A stretch of DNA of 64,000 nucleotides from Octopus vulgaris (GCA_951406725.2 OX597814.1:213528001-213592000), one strand, 5' to 3'; counted from the stretch's first letter, positions 42,622 through 56,518 are shown. Made by a program: numbers and translations. The notes: generated by a model not told the origin, from the letters alone.

Positions 42622-45600
42622 CAAATACCTGTAGTGTATATATTTCTTCATATAAAGCCACCGTTTTAGATTTATCATACAAATACCTGTAGTGTATATA
42701 TTTCTTCATACAAAGCCACCGTTTTAGGTTTATCATACAAATACCTGTAGTGTATATATTTCTTCATATAAAGCCACCGTTTAAGGTTTATCATACAAAT
42801 ACCTGTAGAGTATATATTTCTTTATATAAAGCCACCATTTTAGGTTTATCATACAAATACCTGTAGTGTATATATTTCTTCATATAATGCCACCGTTTTA
42901 GGTTTATCATACAAATACCTGTACTGTATATATTTCTTCATATAATGCCACCGTTTTAGGTTTATCATACAAATACCTGTAGTGTATATATTTCTTCATA
43001 TAATGCCACCGTTTTAGGTTTATCATACAAATAACTGTAGTGTATATATTTCTTCATATAAAGCCACCGTTTTAGGTTTATCATACAAATAACTGTAGTG
43101 TATATATTTCTTCATATAATGCCACCGCTTTAGGTTTATCATACAAATACCTGTAGTGTATATATTTCTTCATATAAAGCCACCGTTTTAGGTTTATCAT
43201 ACAAATACCTGTAGTGTATATATTTCTTCATATAAAGTCACCGTTTTAGGTTTATCATACAAATACCTGTAGTGTATATATTTCTTCATATAAAGTCACC
43301 GTTTTAGGTTTATCATACAAATACCTGTAGTGTATATATTTCTTCATATAAAGCCACCGTTTTAGGCTTATCATACAAAGACCTGTAGTGTATATATTTC
43401 TTCATATAATGCCACCGTTTTAGGTTTATCATACAAATACCTGTAGTGTATATATTTCTTCATATAAAGCCACCGTTTTAGGTTTATCATACAAATACCT
43501 GTAGTGTATATATTTCTTCATATAAAGCCACCGTTTTAGGTTTATCATACGAATACCTGTAGTGTATATATTTCTTCCTATAAAGCCACCGTTTTAGGTT
43601 TATCATACAAATATCTGTAGTGTATATATTTCTTCATATAATGCCACCGTTTTAGGTTTATCATACAAATAGCTGTAGTGTATATATTTCTTCATATAAT
43701 GCCACCGTTTTAGGTTTATCATACAAATACCTGTAGTGTATATATTTCTTCATATAAAGCCACCGTTTTAGGTTTATCATACAAATACCTGTAGTGTATA
43801 TATTTCTTCATATAATGCCACCGTTTTAGGTTTATCATACAAATACCTGTAGTGTATATATTTCTTCATATAAAGCCACCGTTTTAGGTTTATCATACAA
43901 ATACCTGTAGTGTATATATTTCTTCATATAAAGCCACCGTTTTAAAGGTTTATCATACAAATACCTGTAGTGTATATATTTCTTCATATAATGCCACCGT
44001 TTTAGGCTTATCATACAAATACCTGTACTGTATATATTTCTTCATATAAAGCCACCATTTTAGGTTTGTCATACAAATACCTGTAGTGTATATATTTCTT
44101 CATATAAAGCCACCGTTTTAGGTTTATCATACAAATACCTGTAGTGTATATATTTCTTCATATAATGCCACCGTTTTAGGTTTATCATACAAATAGCTGT
44201 AGTGTATATATTTCTTCATATAAAGCCACCGTTTAAGGTTTATCATACAAATACCTGTAGTGTATATATTTCTTCATATAAAGCCACCGTTTTAGGTTTA
44301 TCATACAAATACCTGTAGTGTATATATTTCTTCATATAAAGCCACCGTTTTAGGTTTATCATACAAATACCTGTAGTGTATATATTTCTTCATATAAAGC
44401 CACCGTGTTAGGTTTATCATACAAATAGCTGTAGTGTATATATTTCTTCATATAATGCCACCGTTTTAGGCTTATCATACAAATACCTGTACTGTATATA
44501 TTTCTTCATATAAAGCCACCATTTTAGGTTTGTCATACAAATACCTGTAGTGTATATATTTCTTCATATAAAGCCACCGTTTTAGGTTTATCATACAAAT
44601 ACCTGTAGTGTATATATTTCTTCATATAATGCCACCGTTTTAGGTTTTTCATACAAATAGCTGTAGTGTATATATTTCTTCATATAATGCCACCGTTTTA
44701 GGTTTATCATACAAATACCTGTAGTGTATATATTTCTTCATATAAAGCCACCGTTTTAGGTTTATCATACAAATAGCTGTAGTGTATATATTTCTTCATA
44801 TAAAGCCACCGTTTTAGGTTTATCATACAAATACCTGTAGTGTATATATTTCTTCGTATAAAGCCACCGTTTTAGGTTTATCATACAAATACCTGTAGTG
44901 TATATATTTCTTCGTATAAAGCCACCGTTTTAGGTTTATCATACAAATACCTGTACTGTATATATTTCTTCATATAAAGCCACCATTTTAGGTTTGTCTT
45001 ACAAATACCTGTAGTGTATATATTTCTTTATATAATGCCACCGTTTTAGGTTTATCATACAAATACCTGTACTGTATATATTTCTTCATATAAAGCCACC
45101 GTTTTAGGTTTATCATACAAATACCTGTAGTGTATATATTTCTTCATATAAAGCCACCATTTTAGGTTTGTCATACAAATACCTGTAGTGTATATATTAC
45201 TTTATATAATGCCACCGTTTTAGGTTTATCATACAAATACCTGTAGTGTATATATTTCTTCATATAAAGCCACCGTTTTAGGTTTATCATACAAATACCT
45301 GTAGTGTATATATTTCTTCATATAAAGCCACCGTTTTAGGTTTATCATACAAATACCTGTAGTGTATATATTTCTTCATATAAAGCCACCATTTTAGGTT
45401 TGTCATACAAATACCTGTAGTGTATATATTTCTTTATATAATGCCACCGTTTTAGGTTTATCATACAAATACCTGTAGTGTATATATTTCTTCATATAAA
45501 GCCACCGTTTTAGGCTTATCATACAAATACCTGTAGTGTATATATTTCTTCATATAATGCCACCGTTTTAGGTTTATCATACAAATACCTGTAGTCTATA

Positions 45601-46163
45601 TATTTCTTCATATAATGCCACCGTTTTAGGCTTATCATACAAATACCTGTAGTCTATATATTTCTTCATATAAAGCCACCATTTTAGGTTTGTCATACAA
45701 ATACCTGTAGTGTATATATTTCTTTATATAATGCCACCGTTTTAGGTTTATCATACAAATACCTGTAGTGTATATATTTCTTCATATAAAGCCACCATTT
45801 TAGGTTTGTCATACAAATACCTGTAGTGTATATATTTCTTTATATAATGCCACCGTTTTAGGTTTATCATACAAATACCTGTAGTGTATATATTTCTTCA
45901 TATAAAGCCACCGTTTTAGGCTTATCATACAAATACCTGTAGTGTATATATTTCTTCATATAATGCCACCGTTTTAGGTTTATCATACAAATACCTGTAG
46001 TCTATATATTTCTTCATATAATGCCACCGTTTTAGGCTTATCATACAAATACCTGTAGTCTATATATTTCTTCATATAAAGCCACCGTTTTAGGCTTATC
46101 ATACAAATACCTGTAGCGTATATATTTCTTCATATAAATCCACCGTTTTAGGTTTATCATACA
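42622..46163. repeat. 58-bp tandem satellite/minisatellite, about 61 copies
   Basis: Unit tcatacaaatacctgtagtgtatatatttcttcatataaagccaccgttttaggttta; head-to-tail with no spacers. Confidence 0.98.
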
Positions 46164-46584
46164 GATGATAAGCCAAAGAGAAACTTTGTGTAGCTGTTTT
46201 CCTTATTAGAAATAGCTGCTGAATATGCTTCAGATCATACAATAACGATTTAAAGAAACGAATGACATTGAATAGTGTAATTCATTGTGTCCAAAATAAA
46301 TACAAATGCTTTTTATAATAGGGCTGTCTGCTCCGTGAAATCTGAGCTGCGGCTAAATAAGCTTCAATCATCCACAGAGAAATCATTTTCGATCACTAAT
46401 TGGATATCTTTCTGATAGGGCCAGAGTATAAAGGTGGGTGTCAACAACATATCGTAGGCATAGTGTTGGTTTAATGAGAATTTAGCTTTAGGGAGGATAG
46501 AAAAATATTAGACTTATAATTCACTCCATTATCATAATAACAACAACAACAACAACGACGACGACAACAATAATAATAATAATA

Positions 46585-46637
<53 letters not shown>

Positions 46638-46639
<2 letters not shown>

Positions 46640-48450
46640 CCATTACAAGTGAATTAAACAGAACAGGGTATGGGTATAAAATTGCCAATAAAAACATAAG
46701 CCATCTATTTTATATGGATGACTTAAAACTTTATGGTAAAGACAATAATGAACTTGAAGGCCTATTGCGCACCGTGAAAGCATTCAGCGATGACATCGGG
46801 ATGGAGTTTGGACTTGAGAAGTGTGCCAAGGCCACTTTCCAGAAAGGCAAAGTGAAGACCACAATTTCAGTCATGTTAGATGTTGACACAGTCATAAGAG
46901 AGCTTGAGCAAGAACAAACATACAAATATTTAGGGATAAATGAAGGCTCTGGTATTCAGCATGCAAGCATGAAAGAGAAAATCCGGAAGGAATGTTATAG
47001 GAGAGTTCGTGCAGTCCTGAAATCTGAACTAAATGCACGTAACAAGGTGTTAGCTATAAATTCCTTAGCAGTTCCAGTTGTTACTTATAGCTACAATGTG
47101 TTGAACTGGAATATGAGTGAAGTAAAGAATATAGATAGGAAAATACGCAAGCTGCTGAGTTGTAATAGGATGCACCACCCAAAGGCAGACGTAGATCGCC
47201 TTTACCTTCCCAGAGCCCAAGGAGGTCGAGGCCTGATCCAATTTGAACTAGCTTACAAAACAACCACAATTGGACTGGCCAAATATCTCGAAATATCGAA
47301 TGACTGGATGCTAAAGCTCGTGGAAAATCACGAGAGACGAAAGAAGCTTCATTCTATCATAAAGGAAAGCAAAAAAATTTGCTATTGATCTCGTGCAGGA
47401 TTCCCAAACTGAAACAACCCGAGGGAAGTACAGCATCTATTGTTGCAAAGAAGGTGAAAATGATGGCAATGAAAAAAGCGCACGAGCAATTGGCTGATAG
47501 GTGGGAGGAGAAACCTCTGCACGGCAAATATGTGACCCGCAGCAAACAAGCTGATGTTGACCAGAAGCAAACCCATCAGTGGCTACGGAGCTCAGGGCTA
47601 AAAGCAGAGAGCGAAGGTTTCATCCTGGCTGCTCAAGATCGAAGCCTATTAACCCGGAACTACCAGGCCAATGTGATGAAAAATGGAGCAGACCCAAAAT
47701 GCCGATTCTGCAACGACATGATTGAAACAGTGGACCACCTAATCTCTGGATGTAAAGTCTTAGCACCAGTGAAGTATAAATTAAGACATGACAGAGTTGG
47801 CCAATATCTCCACTGGCTAATAAGTCGGCATTACAATATTAAAACTGCCGACAAGTGGTATAATCACCACCCTGAGGCTGTAACTGAAGGAGAAAATGTA
47901 ACCATTCTGTGGGACTTTCCAGTACATACAGACCGAACTATCAAGGCCAATAAACCAGATATTGTTGTGAAAGACCAAAACAATAAAGTTTGCTTATTGA
48001 TCGACATGAGCATCCCCTGTGATCATAATATCTCAGCGAAAGAGTTTGACAAGCTCAGAAAATATAAAGACCTACTCATTGAAATTGAGAAAATGTGACA
48101 TCTCAAGGCGGTTACAATACCAGTGATCGTAGGAGCACTAGGAATGATCAAGAAGGGAACCGAAAATTATATGAGAATGATCCCTGGCTTACCATCCCTG
48201 CAAGAAGTGCAAAAGATTGTCTTAACTGGTACATCACACGTATTGAGAAGAGCATTGTCGATGTGAGAACTGTTGCTGCTCATGTATTTTAATTTAACTT
48301 TAAAAAAGAATAAAAAAATAAAAAATAAATAAAAATGAACGAACTACTGAGTTTGGTTTAATGGCCTACCAATGTATACTATGAGTTTCTTTGCCCTAGG
48401 AGTCGGGAAGACACTCGGCAAGAAATGGAAGCAAATTTGAAAGAAGAAAA
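46638..48450 (+). mobile_element. 5'-truncated R4/Dong-like LINE (RT, CCHC finger, restriction-like endonuclease) in (AAT)n; one frameshift (about 47380) and one premature stop (48096)
   Basis: HLFYMDDLKLY, YKYLGI, GGRGL, CRFC..ETVDHLISGC, RHD, KPDIV..D..IP, KLRKYKDL; (AAT)n on both sides. Confidence 0.92.
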
Positions 48451-48495
48451 AATAAATAAATAATAATAATAATGATAATAATAATAATAATAATA

Positions 48496-48640
48496 ACATC
48501 GAAAAATACCTTAGGAATGAGAACCCAGGTTCGAAATTTCCCCAAGACACCTGATGAGAGCTGGAGGGTATATCAGCCGAAACGTTGTGTTAACAACAAA
48601 CAAGATGAGGACAAATATCCATCAAATGTAAATAATGTAA
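48496..48640 (+). mobile_element. Hammerhead-bearing tail module
   Basis: Homologous to 13541-13722. Confidence 0.82.
48546..48591 (+). ncRNA. Minimal type I hammerhead ribozyme motif
   Basis: GACAC-CTGATGA-ga-GCTG(loop)CAGC-c-GAAA-CG-TT-GTGTT; stem I GACAC/GTGTT. Confidence 0.65.
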
Positions 48641-48779
48641 TTCGACATTAATCTTCATGCTTTCCAACGCCGTTGACGGTTCACTAATAGTTTAAGCTGT
48701 TTCTGAAAAAGAGGGAGATAAAATATCGTCAAATTTAGTCCGAACACACTGTATTTCTATTCTTTGCTAAAAACATTTT

Positions 48780-48836
<57 letters not shown>

Positions 48837-49536
48837 TTATTGATTGCAAGTTCTGGAATTTAGTTTTCTTTCAGCACAAATATATAATGACTGGCGTTCT
48901 TTTTTTTTTTTTTTTTTCTTGTTGCTTCTAGATAACTTACTTTTATATACCCTCTCGAATAATAATAGTGCATATTTTAGAAAACGACAAACAAGGAAAT
49001 TTGTGATAATCATCACTAAAGAAATGTCTACTGAAAAGACACTCGACAATGAAATTACAAGATATTTATGATTTATCGAACGTAATTTACAAAATTATTC
49101 TTAGATTGGAACCAATTCCACATTATATGAAGTAATTAGGAAAATTAAATGCTCGATCTGTCTTTTACAAAACTATAAGTTAAAGGAAATCCATGGCATA
49201 TTTCCTTTCTAAAGTCAGATCCTAATGGAAAATGTTTGGAATACAGATTGTGAATGTGCATGACACTTCAGAAATGTGTAACATAAGAATGCAGTAATTT
49301 TAGAATCTACAATGAGTGATTTATGGTTTTCTTCTGGTATTTTTTCTCGAGCCTTGCGTGTTGATTCAGTTTCATTACCTTCCCTAATTTTATCCGAGAC
49401 AGTAATTCCGTTCTTTGGATTTCATTTTAATAAGATACAGTTTTGTGCTTGAGGAAAATCAACATATAAATAATACATAACTACGGACAAATCATCGTTT
49501 CTTGTTTAATTTAAAAGCAAGGAATTTAAAGAATAT

Positions 49537-50202
49537 CATCTAAGATTATAAGGTTAAATATGATTTTGTATTTGTATTTGAGCGATGGCTAGAAGTATAT
49601 CGAGTTCTTCATAACCAGCTGATCTAGCAAGCGGGGCCTCATATCAGTGAGGGGGGCCGGTGCGCATTGATGCCGTCGAGAGGTAGGCCCCGAAACGGCG
49701 CGCATTCTCTCCTGATGACCCCATACACTTGCTAGCTTCCGATATACGGAGCTTTTAACTGGTAGCACTTGCATGTGCAAGTTGTTTGCAAGATATTTAA
49801 ATATGATTTTGTATTTGTATTATAGTGAATGATATTGAATAGATATTTAAGATGTCTGTTGATTAGTTATGAGAACTGGTTTCGATCGCTTGTTTCAGTT
49901 CACTTACATGGATAATATCTTGAGAAAAGCATCATTGTCACAACACCTACACTGCTCATCAAGCTACAATATATCTCGTAAATCAATTCAGTCGACGATA
50001 TGTTTCCTTTAAGTATGTGTATATCTGCATCAAAGTTTAGTAATGCATATTCTATAGACAAATTCCTAACCATTATCAGTTTCAATGACTTCACTTTTCC
50101 ACAATTCAATAAAGTCCTCTTCAATTCCTTACTTAGATTAAAAGAAATGTTAATACATCATTCGATAATTAGATTAGTTAGCTATGCAGTGTGTGCGTGT
50201 GT

Positions 50203-50260
<58 letters not shown>

Positions 50261-50636
50261 ATTTTACTTTTATGCCCGAATTTCATTATTGCCTTTTTAT
50301 TATTACTATTAATTGCCATTTTGAAACAGACCATGATAGGATATCTAACAGGCTTTATTTTAAGAAATAAGCATAAAATATTCATTACTAAACATACACA
50401 CATATTTAAAGGAATCATATAGTCGACTGAACTGATTTACAGTGTGTATTGTACTTTGATGAGCAATGTGGACGTTGTGACAATCATGCTCTCTCGAAGT
50501 TATTATCCATAAGAGTGGACTGAAACAAGATATCAAAACCTTTTCGCGTAACTAATCGACAGAAGTCTTAAATATCTATTCGATATCACTCACTGTAATC
50601 CAAATACAAAACCATATTTAAGCTTAGTCTTAGATG
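49537..50636. mobile_element. Old non-autonomous element with about 240-bp diverged terminal inverted repeats (MITE/foldback-like)
   Basis: 49537-49578 plus 49822-50022 match the reverse complement of 50395-50636. Confidence 0.75.
49579..49796. mobile_element. 218-bp GC-rich structured insert with a 25-bp flanking duplication
   Basis: ttaaatatgattttgtatttgtatt at 49554-49578 and 49797-49821; absent from the opposite TIR. Confidence 0.75.
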
Positions 50637-51537
50637 GAAGTAATTAACGTTTAGACAGCTTCAGCTGCACAGAGACGAGCCTGCATCATCGTAGCTTCAG
50701 TCATTTGTAAGTAGAGAGGAGAGAAAAACGCACTTTGTCAAAGTCACGTTGCTTAGGTTAAAAACTATCTTCTATTTTTTATTTCAGTTACTTTCTTGTG
50801 TCTTTCTTTCAATGAATATATGCTACATACATTGTTTTATAGCATGTTACATTTCATTGCCTGTTTTATGATACAGTGTATACATTTAGATGATAAATCA
50901 AATATAATATATTGTTAAGTCAAATATACGCTGATAAAAATGTCTCATTTTTCTTTCCTTACAGACTTCCACATCATTTGGAGCATGGGTGACTTCTGTT
51001 AGATATTGTAGAGATGGGTTTTTCTATGCTGAGACATTAATATATCAATAAGATATGCCAACTGTATCAAGCAACCGATACGGAAAGAGTAGAAGATATA
51101 TCAAAACCCGTTTGAGAAATTAATTCATCGTTCAGTTTAGCTTACGTGTATTAAATAGTAAAGGCGATAGTTGTGAGAGCTAATGTGGTACATTTTTCTT
51201 TAACTTTCATGAGTAATGGACCATGAATTTAGAACTGTAAACTACCAAATATATTGTCATATATACTTGTAGCTGTATGGACCGAGCTGTTACGATTTAC
51301 TATTAACGCAAGCAGAATCAGTGCTTTAAAATAAATCATTAACACGTTGGTCTGCAGACAAATTGTTCATGTAAAGGAATAAATCCGCAATAGTTCTATT
51401 ATTGAAATGGTTGTTAAGTGACCGTGACAAAAACCATATCTAATTAATAATCTGGCTATTTTAATTGTGCGCATAGATCTATATTCAAAATAGATAATAT
51501 ATAGAAAGTATAAATAGCATATGTTTTCAAACACTTA

Positions 51538-51682
51538 ACAGCTTAAGTTCGGCAATAGAGACCGATAGAATAAGTACTGGGCTTACAAAAGAATAAGTCC
51601 CGGGGTCGATTTGCTCGACCAAAGGCGGTGCTCCAGCATGGCCGCAGTCAAATGACTGAAACAAGTAAAAGAGTAAAAGAGT
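51538..51682 (+). mobile_element. SINE family B, 3' fragment
   Basis: Near-identical to the 3' part of 41347-41765. Confidence 0.88.
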
Positions 51683-52279
51683 ATATTCATCGAAAATACA
51701 TACCTTGTTTTGATCACCTCATGTTACGTTTCACTCTATTGTTCATAAAAAGAGAATTGTTGGCTTATTTAATACATGATTAGTTTATTCTGAAATCAGG
51801 CGATTTTCATGGAATCTTACAAGTTCAAATGTTTTACTCGGAATAAACTAACATTTAGAGAGAAACTTCATAATTGCCTATTTGTAATCACAAGAATTTG
51901 TAGTGTATCGCAATTTATAAATTGACCGCATAACTCGATGAAGTAGGAAGAGCAATTAAGGTGATTTACAGAGAAACCTTTACAAATCGAAAACTACAGA
52001 TAACTGTGAGAATAACCCATAATTATCAGTATTCATTATAGACCAGAAATTAACAATTTAGATAGGTTCGTTTTGCCGTCTATGAATAGCTACAGTGGCT
52101 AATAAATACAAATATATATCAAATAGATTCACACCCAGAGACAAGTACATAGGCATTCATAAATTCATGCTCAACTATAGGTAGGTATACGTTGTGAGTG
52201 CATGTAATATGTTGCATGGATTTTCTTAGATTTTCTTTATTTCTTGTATTATTAAAATGTTAAAAATCTTAAAAAAAAT

Positions 52280-52362
52280 TGGCAAGTGTCTTCTACTATA
52301 GCCTCAGGCTGGCCAAAGCCTTGTGAGTGGATTTGGTAGGTGGAAACCCAAAGAAACCCATC

Positions 52363-52399
<37 letters not shown>

Positions 52400-52625
52400 T
52401 GTGTGTGTGTGTGTCTTTGAGTCTGTGGTTGTTACCCTACCGACGCTTGACAACCAATGTCGGTATGTTTATGTCCCTGTAACTTAGCGGTTCGGGAAAA
52501 AAGACCGATAGAATAAGTACCAAGCTTACAAAGAATAAGTTCTGGGGTCGATTTGTTCGACTAAAAGGCGATGGTCCAGTATGGCCCCAGTCAAATGGCT
52601 GAAACAAACATAAGAATAAAAGAAA
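52280..52625 (+). mobile_element. SINE family B, 5'-truncated
   Basis: Homology to 41347-41765. Confidence 0.85.
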
Positions 52626-53180
52626 CTGATGTGTTTTCTTCTATATTAAAAGTACATTTACTGAGAATGGAAATTACATTTAAAAGTAAATTGAAGCTAT
52701 TTTTTACTTTTAATAAATATTTAAATATTTCCATAACGAACAAACATTGACATACTACAACTGAACATTTACGACAAAGAAGTCTTGACGTGTATAATCC
52801 CTAAATGCTTTGTATGTATATTCATTTCTTATAATTCGCTCATGCCTTTGGAATGAATTTCAATCAGAAATGGATATTTAAAATGGATATTTAAAATAAT
52901 ACAGTATATAAGCTGTGGCCTCAGGTGAAACAGTCTTTGTTAAAAAGACATGTAAGTAATTTATTTATTACTGACATGTTTTTAAGTTACGAAACAATTT
53001 GTTGTTATTTTTGAATTCTTTTATTGTTAAATAATATTTCGACTATTTCTCTGTCATTTATGACTTTATACACTCCTTATCGTTTTCTCTTTATCAAACT
53101 ATATATTGTATATGGTTTGCAGAATGATACATTCAGGGGCTTTTTATGAGTACTTGAATCAATATATTCTGACTTAAATA

Positions 53181-53233
<53 letters not shown>

Positions 53234-53237
<4 letters not shown>

Positions 53238-53432
53238 AGAGTTTACGAAAACAACAATAAAAGACGAAGACAGGTGGTGTACAAAACAAACAGATGTATT
53301 AGTATAACGCTCAGGAATAGAAAAAGTCTTTTACGTTTCGAGCCTACGCTCTTCTACACAAAGGGACACAGAAAAAAGGAGGGAAACAAGGAGAGAAAAA
53401 TGTCTGCAGTGGCTAACGATCTATCATGGCGT
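53234..53432 (-). mobile_element. Solo PLE terminal-repeat fragment related to 25020-25220, with decayed hammerhead
   Basis: Minus strand gaagagcgtaggctcgaaacgtaaaagac...cctgagcgtt parallels gaagagctccgctcgaaacgttaaatc...cctgagcgtc; flanked by (TA)n. Confidence 0.6.
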
Positions 53433-54515
53433 GTATATATATATAATGTGCATCAGCATGGCCGCAGCTCTGAGCTGAAACTAAAAAAAAAATGTTATTT
53501 TAATGTATGTATATATGTATGTATGTGTTAGGTTATGATAATTTCAATAACGGGGATAGATTATTCATTTAGCATGCTAGATTAAATAAAAACAATGATT
53601 ATGCAACTTCATGCAATATTCTATGAATCCCAAGCCTGTCATTTCATCGACACTTTCGACCAACGTTATACAGGTCCACATGGGTAAATACGGTTATAAA
53701 TGCAATCAGTGGCAACGGTTTATAATGCTGTAGTGAGAAAGTAACCAAATTGGAGTACCCAGAGAAATGTACAGAGTAAAGCGTTCGAAAATACAGAAGG
53801 ACATGTATACCTCTAAATAAAATCGATCGTAAAGCGCAAACCAATTAGCGTACATGGGATAAAAGACAGATAGTCTAGTAGGTTTTTTGCGAAAAGTGCA
53901 AATTTGAGAGAAATAAGCACAATGATATCCACAAAGGGGCATACAAGAGAGAAGAAAGAAGAGAATGAGAGAGAAAAGTGGGTAGTAAAATGTAAATGGA
54001 TTACGAAGAATAGAAAAACAGAAGAATAGAAAATAGAAATAAAGACGTACAATGAAGTGGGGGTGAGTAACATCCAATGAAATAGAGTAGAATACTAAGT
54101 AAGCTCGGTCAAAATATAATAATACAATATTATAATACTATAATATATTGAAATAAAATAATTAGATAATCAAATCATTACAATATACTGAATAAGTAAC
54201 TAATTACAAAAGGGCTATTGACTTATTAAGTTCTTCACCTTTTTTAAAGTCCCAAATAAATTTTGCTAATGATGTATTCCGTAATTTGTGACTATTTGTG
54301 ACTAGTACGCGATCACTTTATTTCGACATGAAGTTTGACACTGAAGCACCGATATAGTATATTTTTTAGGGTGACAAATAGACTATACAAATGGAACGGC
54401 TGTGTACTGTTTTTGTTCGGAGACGCTGGTTATTAAAAGGAAAATGATATCAACATCTATAGTTATACATATTATCAGGTTTGGCAGGTAATAAAGGATT
54501 ATTAGTTGTATTACA

Positions 54516-54579
54516 GTTCTAGATTTAAGACATGAGGAATTATGTACCTTATTTATATTTGACGGATAAATGTCCTCAT
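54516..54579 (-). mobile_element. 3' end of the hammerhead tail module (hammerhead part missing)
   Basis: Minus strand atgaggacatttatccgtcaaat...gtacataattcctcat matches 13651-13722. Confidence 0.75.
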
Positions 54580-54585
54580 TATTAC

Positions 54586-54650
<65 letters not shown>

Positions 54651-54652
<2 letters not shown>

Positions 54653-55891
54653 TTTCCTTCTTCAAATTTTCTTCCGTTTCTCGCCGAGTGTTTTCCGTAC
54701 ACCTAGGGCAGAGAAGCTCATTGTATGCATTCCCAGATTACACACGCAAATTCACAGATAAAATATGTATTTAAAAAATTAAGGAATAATAAATTCATGA
54801 ATAGATGTTGTTTTCACAGCGATAATGCTCTTCTCAGTACATGAGCCGTTCCAGTTAAGACGATTTTTTCATTTTCTGTAGGGATGGTAAGCCTGGTATC
54901 ATTTTCAAATAGGTTTCCGTACCTTTTTTTATCATTCCTAGAGATCCTACAATCACTGGTACTATAGTCGCCTTGAGATGCCACATTTTTTCCATTTCTA
55001 TTAGCAAGTCTTTATATTTACTGATCTTGTCAAATTCTTTGGCCGCTATTTTGTGATCGCTAGGAATACTCATGTCAACTAATAAAAACATCTTTTTTGT
55101 CTGATCTTTTATAATAATATCCGGTTTATTGGCTTTTATAGTCCTGTCGGTCTGCACGGGGAAGTCCCATAGAATCGACACATTTTCTTCTTCAGTCACA
55201 GCTTCAGGATGGTGTTTATACCATTTGTCAGTGGTTTTGATTTTATAATGCCGACATATTGTCCAGTGTAAATACTGGCTGACTCTGTCATGTCTTGCTT
55301 TGTATTCTACAGGTGCTAAGACTACACCCTGAGATTAGGTGATCTGTAGTTTTAATCTCATCGTTACAAAATCGGCATTTTGGGTCAGCTCCAATTCTTA
55401 TCACATTGGCTTGGTAGCTTCGGATTAATAAGCTTCGGTCTTGAGCAGCTAATATGAAACCTTCACTCACTGCTTTTAGCCCTGAGCTTCGTAGCCATTG
55501 GTGCGTGTGTTTCTGGTCGACATCAGCTTGTTTGCTACGGGCCACATACTTGCCATGCAGAGGTTTCTATTCCCATCTGCTAGCTAACTTTTCATGTGCT
55601 TTTTTCTTTGCAATTAATTTTATTTTCTTTGCAGCAGCGGTTGGCGCATTTCCTTCAGCCTGATCGATCTGGTAGGTATCTAAGAGATCAGTAGCGAATT
55701 TTTTGCTTTCTTTCAGCATAGAGGGAAGTTTTTTCGGTCTTTCATTTTTTTCATCAAGTTTTAGCATCCAATTGCTGGTTGTTTCAAGGTATCTGGCCAG
55801 TCCGATTGTGGTGGTTTTGTACGTAAGTTCAAGCTGGATCAAACCTCGACCTCCCTGAGTTCTGGGAAGGTAAAGACGATCAACGTCTGCC

Positions 55892-55892
<1 letters not shown>
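54651..55892 (-). mobile_element. 5'-truncated R4/Dong-like LINE in (AAT)n, frameshifted
   Basis: KADVDRLYLPR.QGGRGL, EGFILAAQD, CRFC, KPDIII; 3' UTR similar to 48380-48450; (AAT)n on both sides. Confidence 0.92.
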
Positions 55893-55946
<54 letters not shown>

Positions 55947-55956
55947 CATTATTATT

Positions 55957-56028
55957 CAAGTCACTGCCTGTAATCGAACTCGCAATCTCGGGGTTAGTAG
56001 CCCGCGCTCTTAACTATTACACCATATG
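55957..56028 (-). mobile_element. tRNA-like head of the composite tRNA/(AAT)n/hammerhead element
   Basis: Minus strand catatggtgtaatagttaagagcgcgggctactaaccccgagattgcgagttcgattacaggcagtgacttg then (AAT)n; homolog of 12831-12904. Confidence 0.8.
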
Positions 56029-56029
56029 T

Positions 56030-56371
56030 ATGGTGGTGGTGACCCCCTTCGGTCAGACACTGACCATGGGTTTGCACCTAGAGAGTTACCCTCTAAGGCA
56101 CAAGTCTGGGCAAGGTTGTTTTATGGAAGACCAGCAGTCGCCCATGCATACCGGCCTCCCTCTCCACGTCACCGATGTTGTCCAAGGGAAAGGCAAGGGC
56201 CGATACAGCTTGGCACCTGTACGTCGCAACTCATTTCTACAGCTGAGTGAACTGGAGCAACTTGAAATAAAGTGTCTTGCTCAAGAACACAACACGCAGC
56301 CCGGTCCGGGATTCGAGCTCACAACCTCACGATCGTAAGCTCGACGCTCTAACCACTGAGCCACGCACCTT
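56030..56371 (-). mobile_element. SINE family D
   Basis: A box tggctcagtgg, B box gagctcgaatccc; homologous to 2136-2388. Confidence 0.85.
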
Positions 56372-56374
56372 ATG

Positions 56375-56405
<31 letters not shown>

Positions 56406-56518
56406 TAGAGGGAAACCACTATGTGGACACCCTTATGCTAGAAATAGATCCGCTATGGTCTTACCACTAAGAAATGTTCTCAAGAAAAATTTAGCAAAAC
56501 AATCAAAATATAAATATA

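Noticed and set aside
42622-46163. CRISPR-like array
   Set aside because: Units are head-to-tail with no unique spacers, there are no cas genes, and the context is eukaryotic
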